A DNA stretch of 64,000 nucleotides, taken from contig CAWINH010000002.1 in NCBI GenBank assembly GCA_963837425.1, positions 599,129 through 663,128 on the forward strand, read 5' to 3'. The position numbers and the translations under genes were made by a program. This DNA comes from an uncultured Chloroflexia bacterium. Lineage in GTDB: Bacteria; Chloroflexota; Limnocylindria; QHBO01. Each line of letters begins with the position of its first letter. Position 1 is the first letter of the stretch. Of this stretch, positions 18,708-28,118 are shown in pieces. The notes beneath the pieces were generated by a model that saw only the letters and a list, made by a program, of their open reading frames with translations, was not told where the DNA came from and did no database searches.

Positions 18708-20080
18708 CGCAGCGTCGAAAGGAAGTCCAGGAGGTCCTGCATGTCGGCGGAGGAGATGTCGGTGAAGGCGGGCATCTTGTCGCGCGGCTGGAGGATCTGC
18801 TGCTGCATCTCTTCCGCGGTCTGCCCGCTCGCGATATGCGTCAGATCCGGCCCGGCCGTGCCGCCGCTGCCGCTGATCGTGTGGCAGGCGGCACAACCCT
18901 CGATCTGGTAGGTGTGCAGCCCGGCTTTCTGCGCATCGGTCAGCGTCACTCCGGTCTGTCCTCCCCCTGCGCTCGTCGCAGGGGCCGGGGCGGTCGCGCC
19001 CTGGTAGGTCAGCAAGACCACGGCAACCACGACGGCGCCGCCAACCGCCATGGCGAACGGCCGGTGTCGCGGGTGCCGCTGGCGTCGGCGATCGTAGAAC
19101 GGCAGGAAGAGAAAGACGAAGAAGCCGACTGTTGCGATCGCGAAGATCAGTAGCGGTTCGGCCGGACCGGATACGTACCACAAGAGCTGAAAGAGGTCGA
19201 GGAAGTACCACTCGGGCCGCGGAATGTAGCCCACAGCGTTCGGATCGGCCTGGGCCTCGAGCGGCGCCCCGACCACGAGCGCAAGGGTCGAGACCAGGAC
19301 GAAAACCACCGCGGCGAGAATCGCGTCCTTCGCCAACGCTCGGTAGAAGGGATACCCAACGCCCTTCTCGGCGGCGTACTCACGTTCGTAGCGATCCCTC
19401 TGCGACTCGCCGGGGACCTCCTCGATCAGCGGTTCGGCACGCGGCGGGGCGGCGATCCCCTGGCGAATGACCATGAATAGATGCGCGACCACAAGGAGCA
19501 GCAGCACGGCGGGTAGCACCCAGACGTGGAGACCATAGAAGCGCGTCAGCGTGGCGGTCGTCATCGCCGCCCCTCCCCGCAAGAGCTCGAGCGCGACATG
19601 CCCGATGAACGGAGCGGCGCCGGCCACGTTGGTGCCCACCACCGTCGCCCAGTACGCCTTGAGATCCCACGGCAGCAGGTAGCCGGTGAACGCGAACCCA
19701 AGCACGACCACGAAGAGGAGCGCGCCCGCAACCCAGGTGAGCTCACGGGGATACTTGTAGGCGGCGTGGAAGAAGACGCGCAGGGTATGCAGGCCAATGA
19801 GGATGACCAGGACGGACGCCGCCCAGTGGTGCACGCCCCGCACGAAGAGGCCGAACGGCAGCGTGTCGATGTACTGGACGCTCTGGTAGGCATGGTCGGC
19901 CGCCGGGACGTAGTACAGGCTCAGTACGATGCCGGTCACGATCTGCACGGCGAGCAGGAACAACGTAGCCGAGCCGAGGGTGTGCAGCCACCCGACGTTG
20001 CCGGGAATCGAGCGGTCGAGGAAGGCGCGGACGAGGGTCCTGACCCTCAGGCGTTCGTCGATCCAGTCGTAGACACGCAT
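18704..20080 (-). CDS. cytochrome b (b6 plus subunit IV-like) fused to a C-terminal mono-haem cytochrome c domain
   Basis: ATG at 20080, 5 nt after the Rieske stop. Haem-ligand His pairs in helices, Qo-site PEWYFL, and a C-terminal CAACH haem c motif followed by DKMPAF. Confidence 0.85.
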   Translation of the reverse strand: MRVYDWIDERLRVRTLVRAFLDRSIPGNVGWLHTLGSATLFLLAVQIVTGIVLSLYYVPAADHAYQSVQYIDTLPFGLFVRGVHHWAASVLVILIGLHTLRVFFHAAYKYPRELTWVAGALLFVVVLGFAFTGYLLPWDLKAYWATVVGTNVAGAAPFIGHVALELLRGGAAMTTATLTRFYGLHVWVLPAVLLLLVVAHLFMVIRQGIAAPPRAEPLIEEVPGESQRDRYEREYAAEKGVGYPFYRALAKDAILAAVVFVLVSTLALVVGAPLEAQADPNAVGYIPRPEWYFLDLFQLLWYVSGPAEPLLIFAIATVGFFVFLFLPFYDRRRQRHPRHRPFAMAVGGAVVVAVVLLTYQGATAPAPATSAGGGQTGVTLTDAQKAGLHTYQIEGCAACHTISGSGGTAGPDLTHIASGQTAEEMQQQILQPRDKMPAFTDISSADMQDLLDFLSTLR

Positions 20081-20084
20081 CGGC

Positions 20085-20648
20085 TCACTCGGGCTCGACC
20101 AGCGGACCCATCCACACCTCCTGGTTCGCGACGAGTGCCTGGTAGCGGTCCAGGCTTCGAGGCGGAGGCCCCTCGGCGCGAGCGCCCTCTGCGGTGAAGG
20201 CGCCTCCATGGCATGGGCACAGATAGCGCTTGGCGCCCTGGCTCCAGCTCACCGGGCAGCCCATGTGGGTGCAGTGGATGTCGAGGATCTCGATGCGATC
20301 CGGGGCAGGGCGAACGACATAGATTGCCACCTGGGTCGCTTCGGTGACCCCGGCGACGCCCACCGGCAGGGTCACCGTCATGAGCTTCGGGACGCCGGGC
20401 TCGAAGGTGCTGAGGGGACCGATCATTCGCCAGCCGCTGGCACGCGGTGTAGGCGGGATCGCGCCGCCGAGGAACGGCCAGCGGAGTCGATCCTTCAGCG
20501 CAGGGCCGGCCGCAAGACCGACGACCGGCGCCGCCAGGGCCACGCCGATCGCCGCACCGACACCGCCCAGCAGTCGGCCCACGAACGCACGACGCGTGAG
20601 CCGGCCGCCGTTGTCGGCCGAGCCCGACTCCCTGGACGGATTCGCCAC
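20085..20648 (-). CDS. Rieske [2Fe-2S] subunit
   Basis: Tat-like TRRAFVGRLLG. Cluster boxes CTHMGC and CPCHGG. Confidence 0.9.
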   Translation of the reverse strand: MANPSRESGSADNGGRLTRRAFVGRLLGGVGAAIGVALAAPVVGLAAGPALKDRLRWPFLGGAIPPTPRASGWRMIGPLSTFEPGVPKLMTVTLPVGVAGVTEATQVAIYVVRPAPDRIEILDIHCTHMGCPVSWSQGAKRYLCPCHGGAFTAEGARAEGPPPRSLDRYQALVANQEVWMGPLVEPE

Positions 20649-20651
20649 GGG

Positions 20652-21062
20652 CTATTGCAGCGTCTTCAGGTACGCAGTCAGGTCGGCCAGCTCCTGATCA
20701 CTGAAGATCGTCCAGCGCGGCATCATCTTGTTGAGAGGCTGGCCCTCCTCGTCGAGACCCTCGGTGATCGCGGTCTTGGCCATGCTGTCGAATTGGTCGC
20801 CGTACATGTCCGACAGGTCGGCGAACGTGATCGCGGGCACCTCGATCGTGTTGTTGTCCATGTCGAACTTCGAGCCCACGCCGCCGACTCCGTGGCAGGA
20901 GGAGCATGAGCGTTCGTAGATGACCTGCCCCGCCGCGGCGCCGGTGAGCTTCGGCTCGCTTGATGCACCGGTGGGCGAACCCTGGCTCGAGCAGGCAGTC
21001 ACAAGGGCTGCAAGGACAACGCTCAGAGCGGCGAGCGTCGCGCGGGACGGAGCATGCACCAT
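20652..21062 (-). CDS. lipoprotein c-type cytochrome (class I)
   Basis: Lipobox LVTAC, CSSCH haem-binding motif, distal Met in NKMMPRW. Confidence 0.85.
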   Translation of the reverse strand: MVHAPSRATLAALSVVLAALVTACSSQGSPTGASSEPKLTGAAAGQVIYERSCSSCHGVGGVGSKFDMDNNTIEVPAITFADLSDMYGDQFDSMAKTAITEGLDEEGQPLNKMMPRWTIFSDQELADLTAYLKTLQ

Positions 21063-21216
21063 GGGTCCTTCCTCCTACGCCAGCAGGGCCGGCATTGCTG
21101 CACGACCGCGCTCGCAGGCGCTCGCCCTGACGCGCACACAGACGCGGCTCCGAACGCAGGGATCGTACACCTGCCCTGGACGCCCCTGATCACCAAATTC
21201 GCACGCCTGGCGGTGC

Positions 21217-21669
21217 TCAGCTCCCAGGCTTCGTCACCATCAGGGCCATGATCACCGCGAAGCTGACGAGCTCGAGTCGGGAGACCACGAACAGCCGCCC
21301 GATGAGGCGTCGGGCCTCGCTCGAGGCCGGCCCCTCCCGATCGAAGAGGTCTGCGGCGCGCCGGATCCGCGGCGCGAGGTAGATGGCACCAGCCGCCGCG
21401 GACAGGACCCAGAGGGCGACCGAAACGACGATCCACGGCTGACCGAAGCTCCACGCCTGCGCGGTCATCACCGCGCCGGAGATGAAGAGCAGCGCCGCCA
21501 CCGGGACGAAGACCCGGCTCCCCACGATCTCGGTCCGCCGCGCGAACGTGGACAGCTCGGTCGGGTCGGCCGCGCGCTCGACCCAGATCCCGAGCAGCTG
21601 GGCGTAGAAGGCGCCACCCACCCAGATCACGGCACACAGGATGTGGACGTATTTCAGCAGCTCGTACAC
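21217..21669 (-). CDS. DUF2269-like integral membrane protein
   Basis: 150 aa, four helices, N-terminal LKYVHILCAVIWVGG pattern. Confidence 0.55.
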   Translation of the reverse strand: MYELLKYVHILCAVIWVGGAFYAQLLGIWVERAADPTELSTFARRTEIVGSRVFVPVAALLFISGAVMTAQAWSFGQPWIVVSVALWVLSAAAGAIYLAPRIRRAADLFDREGPASSEARRLIGRLFVVSRLELVSFAVIMALMVTKPGS

Positions 21670-21792
21670 GCGGATCTCCTCTCCTCGTCATCCGCACGGT
21701 AGCCCGGTCCGGTTCCCGGCTGACAGGGACGCCGAGCCCGTGACGGCAGGACCAGCACCCGGGCACCCTGCGCGGAACCGAGGAGTGGAGCG

Positions 21793-22278
21793 ATGTGGAG
21801 ACGAATCGACGTTGACGCCCGGCTCGACCATCCGGTCGGGCGCGTGTTCGACTACCTGGCCGACCCGATGAAGTGGCACGAGTTCGCCCCCGCGGTCGCG
21901 ATGCGGCGGCCGATCAGCGATGGCCCGGTCCGCATCGGCTCGCGCTGGGCGTCAACCGACCGGATCGGACCGTTTCGGATCCACTTCACCGATGAGCTCG
22001 TCGAGCTCGAGCCGAACCGGCGCGTCGCCTGGCGTTCGTCGGCGCCCTGGAACGCGGTCACCACATATGACTGCGAGCCGGTCGAGGGGGGCACGCGGGT
22101 CCACGCCCGGTACGAAGGCGACGTGGGCGGTCTGCTGCGGCTGCTGGGCTGGGTCCCGGACGCGGTGATGGCCTGGATCCTGGCAGGTGACTTCCGGAGG
22201 TTGCAGCGGGTGCTGGCCGTCGATGCGCACGCCAGGGAGCGAAGGCCCGCCGCGGACGCCGAGGCAGCGCTGCAGTAG
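21793..22278 (+). CDS. SRPBCC (START/polyketide cyclase-like) family protein
   Basis: 161 aa with VFDYLADPMKWHEF and the beta-rich pattern of SRPBCC ligand-binding proteins. Confidence 0.65.
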   Translation: MWRRIDVDARLDHPVGRVFDYLADPMKWHEFAPAVAMRRPISDGPVRIGSRWASTDRIGPFRIHFTDELVELEPNRRVAWRSSAPWNAVTTYDCEPVEGGTRVHARYEGDVGGLLRLLGWVPDAVMAWILAGDFRRLQRVLAVDAHARERRPAADAEAALQ

Positions 22279-22308
22279 CATCGCCCTTCCTGCACGAGGA
22301 GTCAGGGG

Positions 22309-22992
22309 GTGGCCACCGCTCTCAACTCGCGCTCCAGCGCCCTTGAGCTGCTGGACGGCGCTCGCCTCGACCCGCGCGAGCTGCGTATCAACCTCCGCGA
22401 GATGGCGATGCTGAACCGGCTCCCCGGCGGGACGGGTGACAGCGTGCGCGCGACTCTGCGCCTGCTCGATGGTCGGGCCGATCCGTCGGTGCTCGACGTG
22501 GGGACCGGCTCCGGAGACTTTCCACGGCGCCTGCTGCGGGAGCGCACGGTGCGCATCTTCGCCGCCGACCTGCGCCCCGAGGTCCTCGCGGTGGCGACGC
22601 GTAACCTGCGCGATACGAGCACCGTGACCCTCCTCCTGGCGGACGCGCGCGCGCTCCCGTTCGACGACCGCGCGGTGGACGTCGTGCACGCCTCCCTCCT
22701 CATCCACCATCTCGACCCGGCCGATGCGGTCAGCGCCCTGCGCGAGATGCGGCGCGTGGCGCGCAGCGGGGTCGTCGTGAATGACCTGCGCCGCGGGAGC
22801 CTGGCGTTCGCCGCGACCGCTGCCAGCGTGCTCGCGTTCAGCCGGGGCCGATACACGCGCCACGACGGAGTGCTGTCGGCGCGCCGCGCGTACACGCTGC
22901 CCGAACTCGACGAGCTGGCGATCAGGGCGGGACTGACCGTGACCTGGCGCACATCGCGGGTCTGGCCGCGGGTGACAACGGTGTTCAGGTGA
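22309..22992 (+). CDS. class I SAM-dependent methyltransferase
   Basis: Motif I VLDVGTGSGDF, motif II-like VDVVHASLLIHHL. GTG start. Confidence 0.8.
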   Translation: MATALNSRSSALELLDGARLDPRELRINLREMAMLNRLPGGTGDSVRATLRLLDGRADPSVLDVGTGSGDFPRRLLRERTVRIFAADLRPEVLAVATRNLRDTSTVTLLLADARALPFDDRAVDVVHASLLIHHLDPADAVSALREMRRVARSGVVVNDLRRGSLAFAATAASVLAFSRGRYTRHDGVLSARRAYTLPELDELAIRAGLTVTWRTSRVWPRVTTVFR

Positions 22993-24112
22993 TCTCGGCA
23001 CCGATCGCGTGCGACGTTCTCGTGGTGGGCGCCGGCCCGGCCGGCTCGGCCCTCGCCGCGGCGCTCGCCGGGCAGGGCCGTGACGTGCTGCTCATCGAGG
23101 CGATGCACCACCCACGAGCCAAGGCGTGTGCCGAGTACGCGAGCCCTCGCATCCTCGACGAGCTGCGGCGCCTGGAGGTCCCGGACGCGGACTGGCGGGC
23201 CGACGCCCTGCCCCTGGCCGGGATGCGGGTCATCCGTGGCGCGGACGCGGTGGATGTCCGCTACCGTGACGCGTTCGGGCGCCGCACCGCGTGGGGCCTC
23301 GATCGCGTGCGGTTCGATGCGATGCTCGCGGCGCACGCCGTGGCGCGCGGCGCGCGGCTCCTCGAGCGGACCGCGTTCGACGGCATCCTCCCCGATGCAG
23401 GCGGGCCGACATCGGTCGTGCTGCGCACCCCGATGGCCCCATGGAGGTGCGCTGCCGTTGGCTCATCGGCGCCGATGGAGCCCGGTCCCGGGTCGCCGAG
23501 CGGCTCGGCGTGAATCGGCCCGTTCGCCGGCCGCGGCGCCTTGGCCTCGTCGCGCACTACGAGGCGGTTGCCGGCCTCGACGATCATGGGGAGATGCACG
23601 TCGGGGCGGGCTGCTACATCGGGCTCGCGCCGCTGGCCGGGGACCGGTTGAACGTCGGCATGGCGCTGCCCCTCGACGGTGATCGGCGGAGTGCGGACGA
23701 ACGCTTCGGGGCGGCGATCGCCGGCATTCCGGCGGTCGCCCGTCGCCTGGCTGGCCGGCGGCGGCTGACGCCGATTCGCGGCGCCTCGCCGATCGGGCAT
23801 CGCGTGTCGAGGGCTGCCGGCCCCGGCTGGATGCTCATCGGGGACGCGGCCGGGTTCATCGACCCGTTCACCGGCGAGGGGATCTATCGCGCCCTGAGAT
23901 CGGCGCGGGCGGCCGCGGCGTCGCTGGCGACGGGGGACGAGGGCGCCGAGCGCCGGTATCTCGCCGCCCGCCAGGCGGCATTCGCCGCGAAGGACGCCCT
24001 GACCTGGACGATCCAGGGCATGCTCGCCGCGCCGCCGGTCCTCGGGTACGCGCTCCGTCGCCTCGCTGCGCGCCCCGAGCTCGCCGAACGGCTCGGGCTC
24101 GGCGCTCGGTGA
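22989..24112 (+). pseudogene. FAD-dependent oxidoreductase (geranylgeranyl-reductase/aromatic hydroxylase-like), one frameshift
   Basis: DVLVVGAGPAGSALA dinucleotide fold in frame 0. The protein continues in another frame from about 23428 (PDGPMEVRCRWLIGADGARS...GDAAGFIDPFTGEGI). The break is at the C-run cacccc, where one base appears to be missing. Confidence 0.75.
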
Positions 24113-24169
24113 CTGTCGACCCGCGAGCGACGCGCTCTCGCCACGGTACCTGGCCGGAGTCCTGCGGCC

Positions 24170-24613
24170 TTGAGAAGCCGGGTCGGGGTCGAGATCCGCG
24201 CACCGCTCGACCGCGTCTTCTCGCTGGCGGCCGAGGTCGAGCGCTGGCCGGAGCTGCTGCCGCACTACCGCTACGTCCGGCGCCTCGTCGACGACGGCGG
24301 AGCACGACGCTTCGCGATGGGCGCCCGCCGGGGCCCGGTCCCGGTGCGCTGGGAGGCGGTGCAGCGCCCGCTCCCCGCCGAGCGACGGATCGAGTTCACG
24401 CACACCGGCGGCGTGACCCGCGGGATGGAGGTCGCGTGGCGCTTCGAGGAGCGCAACGGGGGCGTCGAGGTCAGCATCGAGCACGAGCTGCAGCTGGGCT
24501 GGCCGCTGCTCGGTGGATTCGCCGCGGCCCGGGTCATTGGACCGGGGTTCATCGAGCCGATTGCGCGGCGAACGCTGCGCGCGGTGAAAGCGCTTGCGGA
24601 GGCAGGCCGGTGA
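24170..24613 (+). CDS. SRPBCC family protein (cyclase/dehydrase-like)
   Basis: 147 aa with RVFSLAAEVERWPELLPHY. GTGA overlap with the downstream KAS gene. Confidence 0.65.
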   Translation: MRSRVGVEIRAPLDRVFSLAAEVERWPELLPHYRYVRRLVDDGGARRFAMGARRGPVPVRWEAVQRPLPAERRIEFTHTGGVTRGMEVAWRFEERNGGVEVSIEHELQLGWPLLGGFAAARVIGPGFIEPIARRTLRAVKALAEAGR

Positions 24614-25839
24614 GGCGCGTGGCGGTGACCGGCATCGGCGCGGTGACGCCCATCGGCCTCGGAGCCGACGGGCTGTGGGCCGGGGTTCTCGCCAACCGCT
24701 CGGCCGTGCGGGAGATCGACCGCTTCGACGCCTCGCCGTTCCCCTCGCGAATCGCCGCCCACGTCGATGACTTCGTGGCGGCCGACCATCTCGACGTCCG
24801 GAGGGCGCGGCGCCTCGATCGCTTCAGCCAGCTCAGCGTGGCGGCGGCCCGGATGGCCGTCTCGCAGGCGGGGCTCATGGGCGCGGCGCGGCCGGCCGCG
24901 CGGACCGGTGTCTGGATCGGCTCCGCGCTTGGTGGCGTTGCCTTCGGGGAGGAGCAGCACGCCGCGTACGTCGCGCGCGGGGTGCGGGCGGTGGCGCCCA
25001 CGCTGGCCACCGCGGTGTTCGGTGGCGCCGGGGCCAGCAACGTCGCGATCGACCTCGGGATCCGCGGGCCGGCGATCGGGAACGCGAATTCGTGCGCCTC
25101 CGGCAGCGTGGCGATCGGCCAGGCGTTCCACGCCATCCGCGCCGGCGAGGTGGACGTTGCTCTTGCCGGCGGCGCCGAGGCGCCGCTCGCGCCGCTGACG
25201 TTCGGCGCGTTCGCGATGATCCGCGTCCTGTCGCAGCGCAACGACGATCCGGCGACCGCGTCACGCCCGTTCGACGTGGACCGTGACGGGTTCGTGATGG
25301 GCGAGGGAGCGGCGATCCTGGCCCTGGAGGCCTGGGACCTCGCCGAGACGCGCGGCGCAGCGATCCTGGGTGAAGTCGCCGGCTTCGGTGCATCGACGGA
25401 CGCGTATCACCTCACCGCCCCGCTGCCCTCGGGTGAGGCGGCCGCGGCGGCCGTCGCCACCGCGCTCGCCGATGCGCGGCTGCCCGCGAGCGAGATCGGC
25501 TACGTGAACGCCCACGCCTCGTCGACGCAGCTGAACGAGGTCGCGGAGGCCCGCGCCCTGCACCTCGCCCTGGGCCCGACCGCGGCCACGGTGCCCGTCT
25601 CGGGGACGAAGGGGCTGTACGGGCACGCGCTCGGTGCCTCGGGCGCCATCGAGGCGGCGATCACCGTCATGGCGCTGTGCCACGGCCTGCTGCCGGGCAC
25701 CTGCAACCTGAAGTCGCTCGACCCGGCGATCGACCTGCATGTTCTCGCGGAGCCGATGCAGGCGTCACCCGCCACCGCGCTCTCCACGTCGTTCGGCTTT
25801 GGCGGGATGAACGCGGCGCTCATCCTGCGGCGCGCCTGA
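24610..25839 (+). CDS. beta-ketoacyl synthase (KAS II/FabF-like)
   Basis: GTG at 24610. RRVAVTGIGAVTPIG, active-site Cys in NSCASG, His residues in VNAHASST and GHALGASG. Confidence 0.85.
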   Translation: MRRVAVTGIGAVTPIGLGADGLWAGVLANRSAVREIDRFDASPFPSRIAAHVDDFVAADHLDVRRARRLDRFSQLSVAAARMAVSQAGLMGAARPAARTGVWIGSALGGVAFGEEQHAAYVARGVRAVAPTLATAVFGGAGASNVAIDLGIRGPAIGNANSCASGSVAIGQAFHAIRAGEVDVALAGGAEAPLAPLTFGAFAMIRVLSQRNDDPATASRPFDVDRDGFVMGEGAAILALEAWDLAETRGAAILGEVAGFGASTDAYHLTAPLPSGEAAAAAVATALADARLPASEIGYVNAHASSTQLNEVAEARALHLALGPTAATVPVSGTKGLYGHALGASGAIEAAITVMALCHGLLPGTCNLKSLDPAIDLHVLAEPMQASPATALSTSFGFGGMNAALILRRA

Positions 25840-25857
25840 TCCCGTTCAGAGACGACG

Positions 25858-26403
25858 CTAGGCGCCGAGCCTGTCGAGGAGCCATCGATGCACCTCGCCG
25901 ATCCGGTTGCGGATGAGGGTGAGGTGGCCGTCGTTCTCGGTCAGGTGCGGCTCAGAGCCGGGAACGTGGGCCGCCAGCCACTCGCCGTGCCCGTACGGGA
26001 CGAACCTGTCCTGGCGTCCCTGCCAGACCTGGACCGGCATCCGGATCTCGTCGAACTCGAAGCCCCACGGGGCCAGGTCTGCCACCCCGTCGTCCCACCA
26101 ACCTTCTTCGCCGGTGGCCAGGCCGTCATGAGCGCTGCGCACGAGCCACTCGGCGATGCTCCGGTCCAGCGCCTCGGCGTCGACCGGCGAAAGCAGCGTC
26201 TTGAGCCCCTCGCCGATCTCGTCGGCCGATCCGCTCAGCATGTCGAGTCTGTCCTCGCGCGATTTCTGCCGCGCGGCGGCCGGATCGGCGAAGTGGAGCT
26301 GAATGTCCTCGACGTTTCCGGAGCCCATCCCCGCGAAGTAGTCGAGGCCATCCCTGCTCAGCACGCTTCGACGAGTGTAGGGCGGGAGCCGGACGAACGC
26401 CAT
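25858..26403 (-). pseudogene. N-terminally truncated alpha/beta hydrolase remnant
   Basis: Only the C-terminal ~180 aa are present (cap plus Asp/His region, QDRFVPYGHG...NDGHLTL). No GxSxG nucleophile segment. The rest of ORF 25858..26886 is antisense to the next gene. Confidence 0.5.
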
Positions 26404-26563
26404 CGGCCTCCTGAGCGCCGAGGGAGAACGCCTCGTGGCGAGGCGAGCGTGCACGGGCCCAACCGCCATGGGTCGCAAGCCCAACAGCCCCTCTGCGCAT
26501 GCCGCGATCGTTCGTTGACATCTGGACGTACGCTCTGAACCCGAAGCGACGTGGAGAGAGGCG

Positions 26564-28009
26564 ATGCCCCAGCGATTGATTACCGGTCTGGACGGCGGTA
26601 CTCGTGACGTTGCCGCGGAGACCCTCGACGCCCTCGCGGCGAGCCTGGACGGCTCGCTGCTGTACCCCGGGGACGAGGGATTTGCCGAGGCGACCAGCCT
26701 CTGGAACGGGATGATCACGAAGCAGCCGGCCATCGTGGTTCGGGCCGGGTCAACGCAGGACGTGGTGCGAACCGTCGACTTCGTCCGTGACAGCCAGCTC
26801 GAGCTGTCGATCAGGGGAGGTGGGCACAACATCGCGGGGTTAGCGCTGACCGATGGTGGCGTGACGCTCGACATGTCGGGGCTCACCGATGTTCACGTGG
26901 ACGTGGATGCCAGCGTGGCGCGGGTCGGCCCGGGCTGCACGCTCGGCGATGTCGACCGAGCCACCCAGGAACATGGGCTGGCTGCGACCTTCGGCTTCGT
27001 CTCGGCGACCGGCGTAGCAGGGCTGACCCTTGGCGGAGGGTTCGGCTACCTGAGCCGTCGCTTCGGTTGGACGATCGACGACCTGCAGGAGGTGGAACTC
27101 GTGACCGCCGATGGGGCCGTGCGTCGCAGCTCGCGCCTCGAGAACCCCGACCTCTTCTGGGCCCTCCAGGGCGGGGGTGGCAACTTCGGCGTCGTGACGG
27201 AATTCGTCTTCAATCTGCATCCGGTCGGCCCCAATGTGATGGCCGGCCTGATCGCGTGGCCGGCCAGCGAGGCCGATGGTGTTCTCGATCTCTTCAAGCG
27301 GGTAACTGCATCGGCGCCCCGCGAGTTGACGCTCGCCGTCCTGATGCGCAATGCGCCTCCCGCGCCGTGGCTTCCCCAGGAAGCCCATGGCACGCCGATC
27401 ATCGCCATGGTCGCGTGTCACTCAGGCAGTCTCGACCAGGCGCAGGCGGACCTGGCCCCGATCAAGTCTCACGCGCGTCCACTGGCCGATCTGGTACAGG
27501 TGAAGCCGTATGTCGCCCAGCAGTCCATGCTCGACGCGACGCAGCCCAAGGGGATGCACTACTACTGGAAATCCGAGTTCCTGCCGAGCCTGAGCGACGA
27601 GGTCCTGGAAACATACAAGGCGCAATTCATCGACAACAAGGCACCCGCAAACCAGATCGTCTTGTTTCACGTTGCGGGGGCGCCGAACGATCATCCGGAG
27701 GACGACGGAGCGATGGGTAACCGCGATGCCGCCTTCGCCTGCGTCATCCAGGCGATGTGGGCCAAGGGAGACCCCGCTGGTGATGCGCATCGGGCGTGGG
27801 TGCGCACGGCATGGGAGGCGCTGAAGCCGTACTCCACCGGCGGCAACTACGTGAACTTCCAGACCGAGGACGAGCCGGACGCTCGGACGGCCGAGTCCTA
27901 CCGATCGAACCTCGAACGCCTCGCAGCGGCGAAGACGACGTACGACCCGTCGAATCTATTCCGCGTCAACCGGAACATTCGCCCTAGCTCAACCGCTGCA
28001 AGTAGGTAG
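26564..28009 (+). CDS. FAD-linked oxidase (FAD_binding_4 plus BBE-like C-terminus)
   Basis: 481 aa with RGGGHNIAG, GGGFGYLSR, and the C-terminal YDPSNLFRVNRNI BBE-type motif. Confidence 0.85.
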   Translation: MPQRLITGLDGGTRDVAAETLDALAASLDGSLLYPGDEGFAEATSLWNGMITKQPAIVVRAGSTQDVVRTVDFVRDSQLELSIRGGGHNIAGLALTDGGVTLDMSGLTDVHVDVDASVARVGPGCTLGDVDRATQEHGLAATFGFVSATGVAGLTLGGGFGYLSRRFGWTIDDLQEVELVTADGAVRRSSRLENPDLFWALQGGGGNFGVVTEFVFNLHPVGPNVMAGLIAWPASEADGVLDLFKRVTASAPRELTLAVLMRNAPPAPWLPQEAHGTPIIAMVACHSGSLDQAQADLAPIKSHARPLADLVQVKPYVAQQSMLDATQPKGMHYYWKSEFLPSLSDEVLETYKAQFIDNKAPANQIVLFHVAGAPNDHPEDDGAMGNRDAAFACVIQAMWAKGDPAGDAHRAWVRTAWEALKPYSTGGNYVNFQTEDEPDARTAESYRSNLERLAAAKTTYDPSNLFRVNRNIRPSSTAASR

Positions 28010-28023
28010 ATCTCGTCTTCGCG

Positions 28024-28118
28024 GCGCTGTGCGACAATGCGGCGTCCATTTTTCTGCTCTGTTTGAGCGTGAAGCGCGCGCCCGTAGCTCAGTGGACAGA
28101 GCGGGTGGCTTCGGACCA
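28024..28118 (+). repeat. direct repeat copy 1: tRNA-Arg upstream region plus tRNA 5' half (28078-28118), truncated after the anticodon loop
   Basis: GCGCCCGTAGCTCAGTGGACAGAGCGGGTGGCTTCGGACCA matches 40 of the first 41 nt of the intact tRNA at 32312 (T instead of C at 28093). About 55 nt upstream is also conserved. No T-arm or 3' acceptor strand follows. Confidence 0.85.

Noticed and set aside
28078-28118. The two truncated tRNA-Arg copies (28078-28118 and 29492-29532) as functional tRNA genes.
   Set aside because: Both lack the variable loop, T-arm and 3' acceptor strand. I could not find a CGGGCGC complement to the acceptor 5' strand in the following 150 nt, so no cloverleaf can form.
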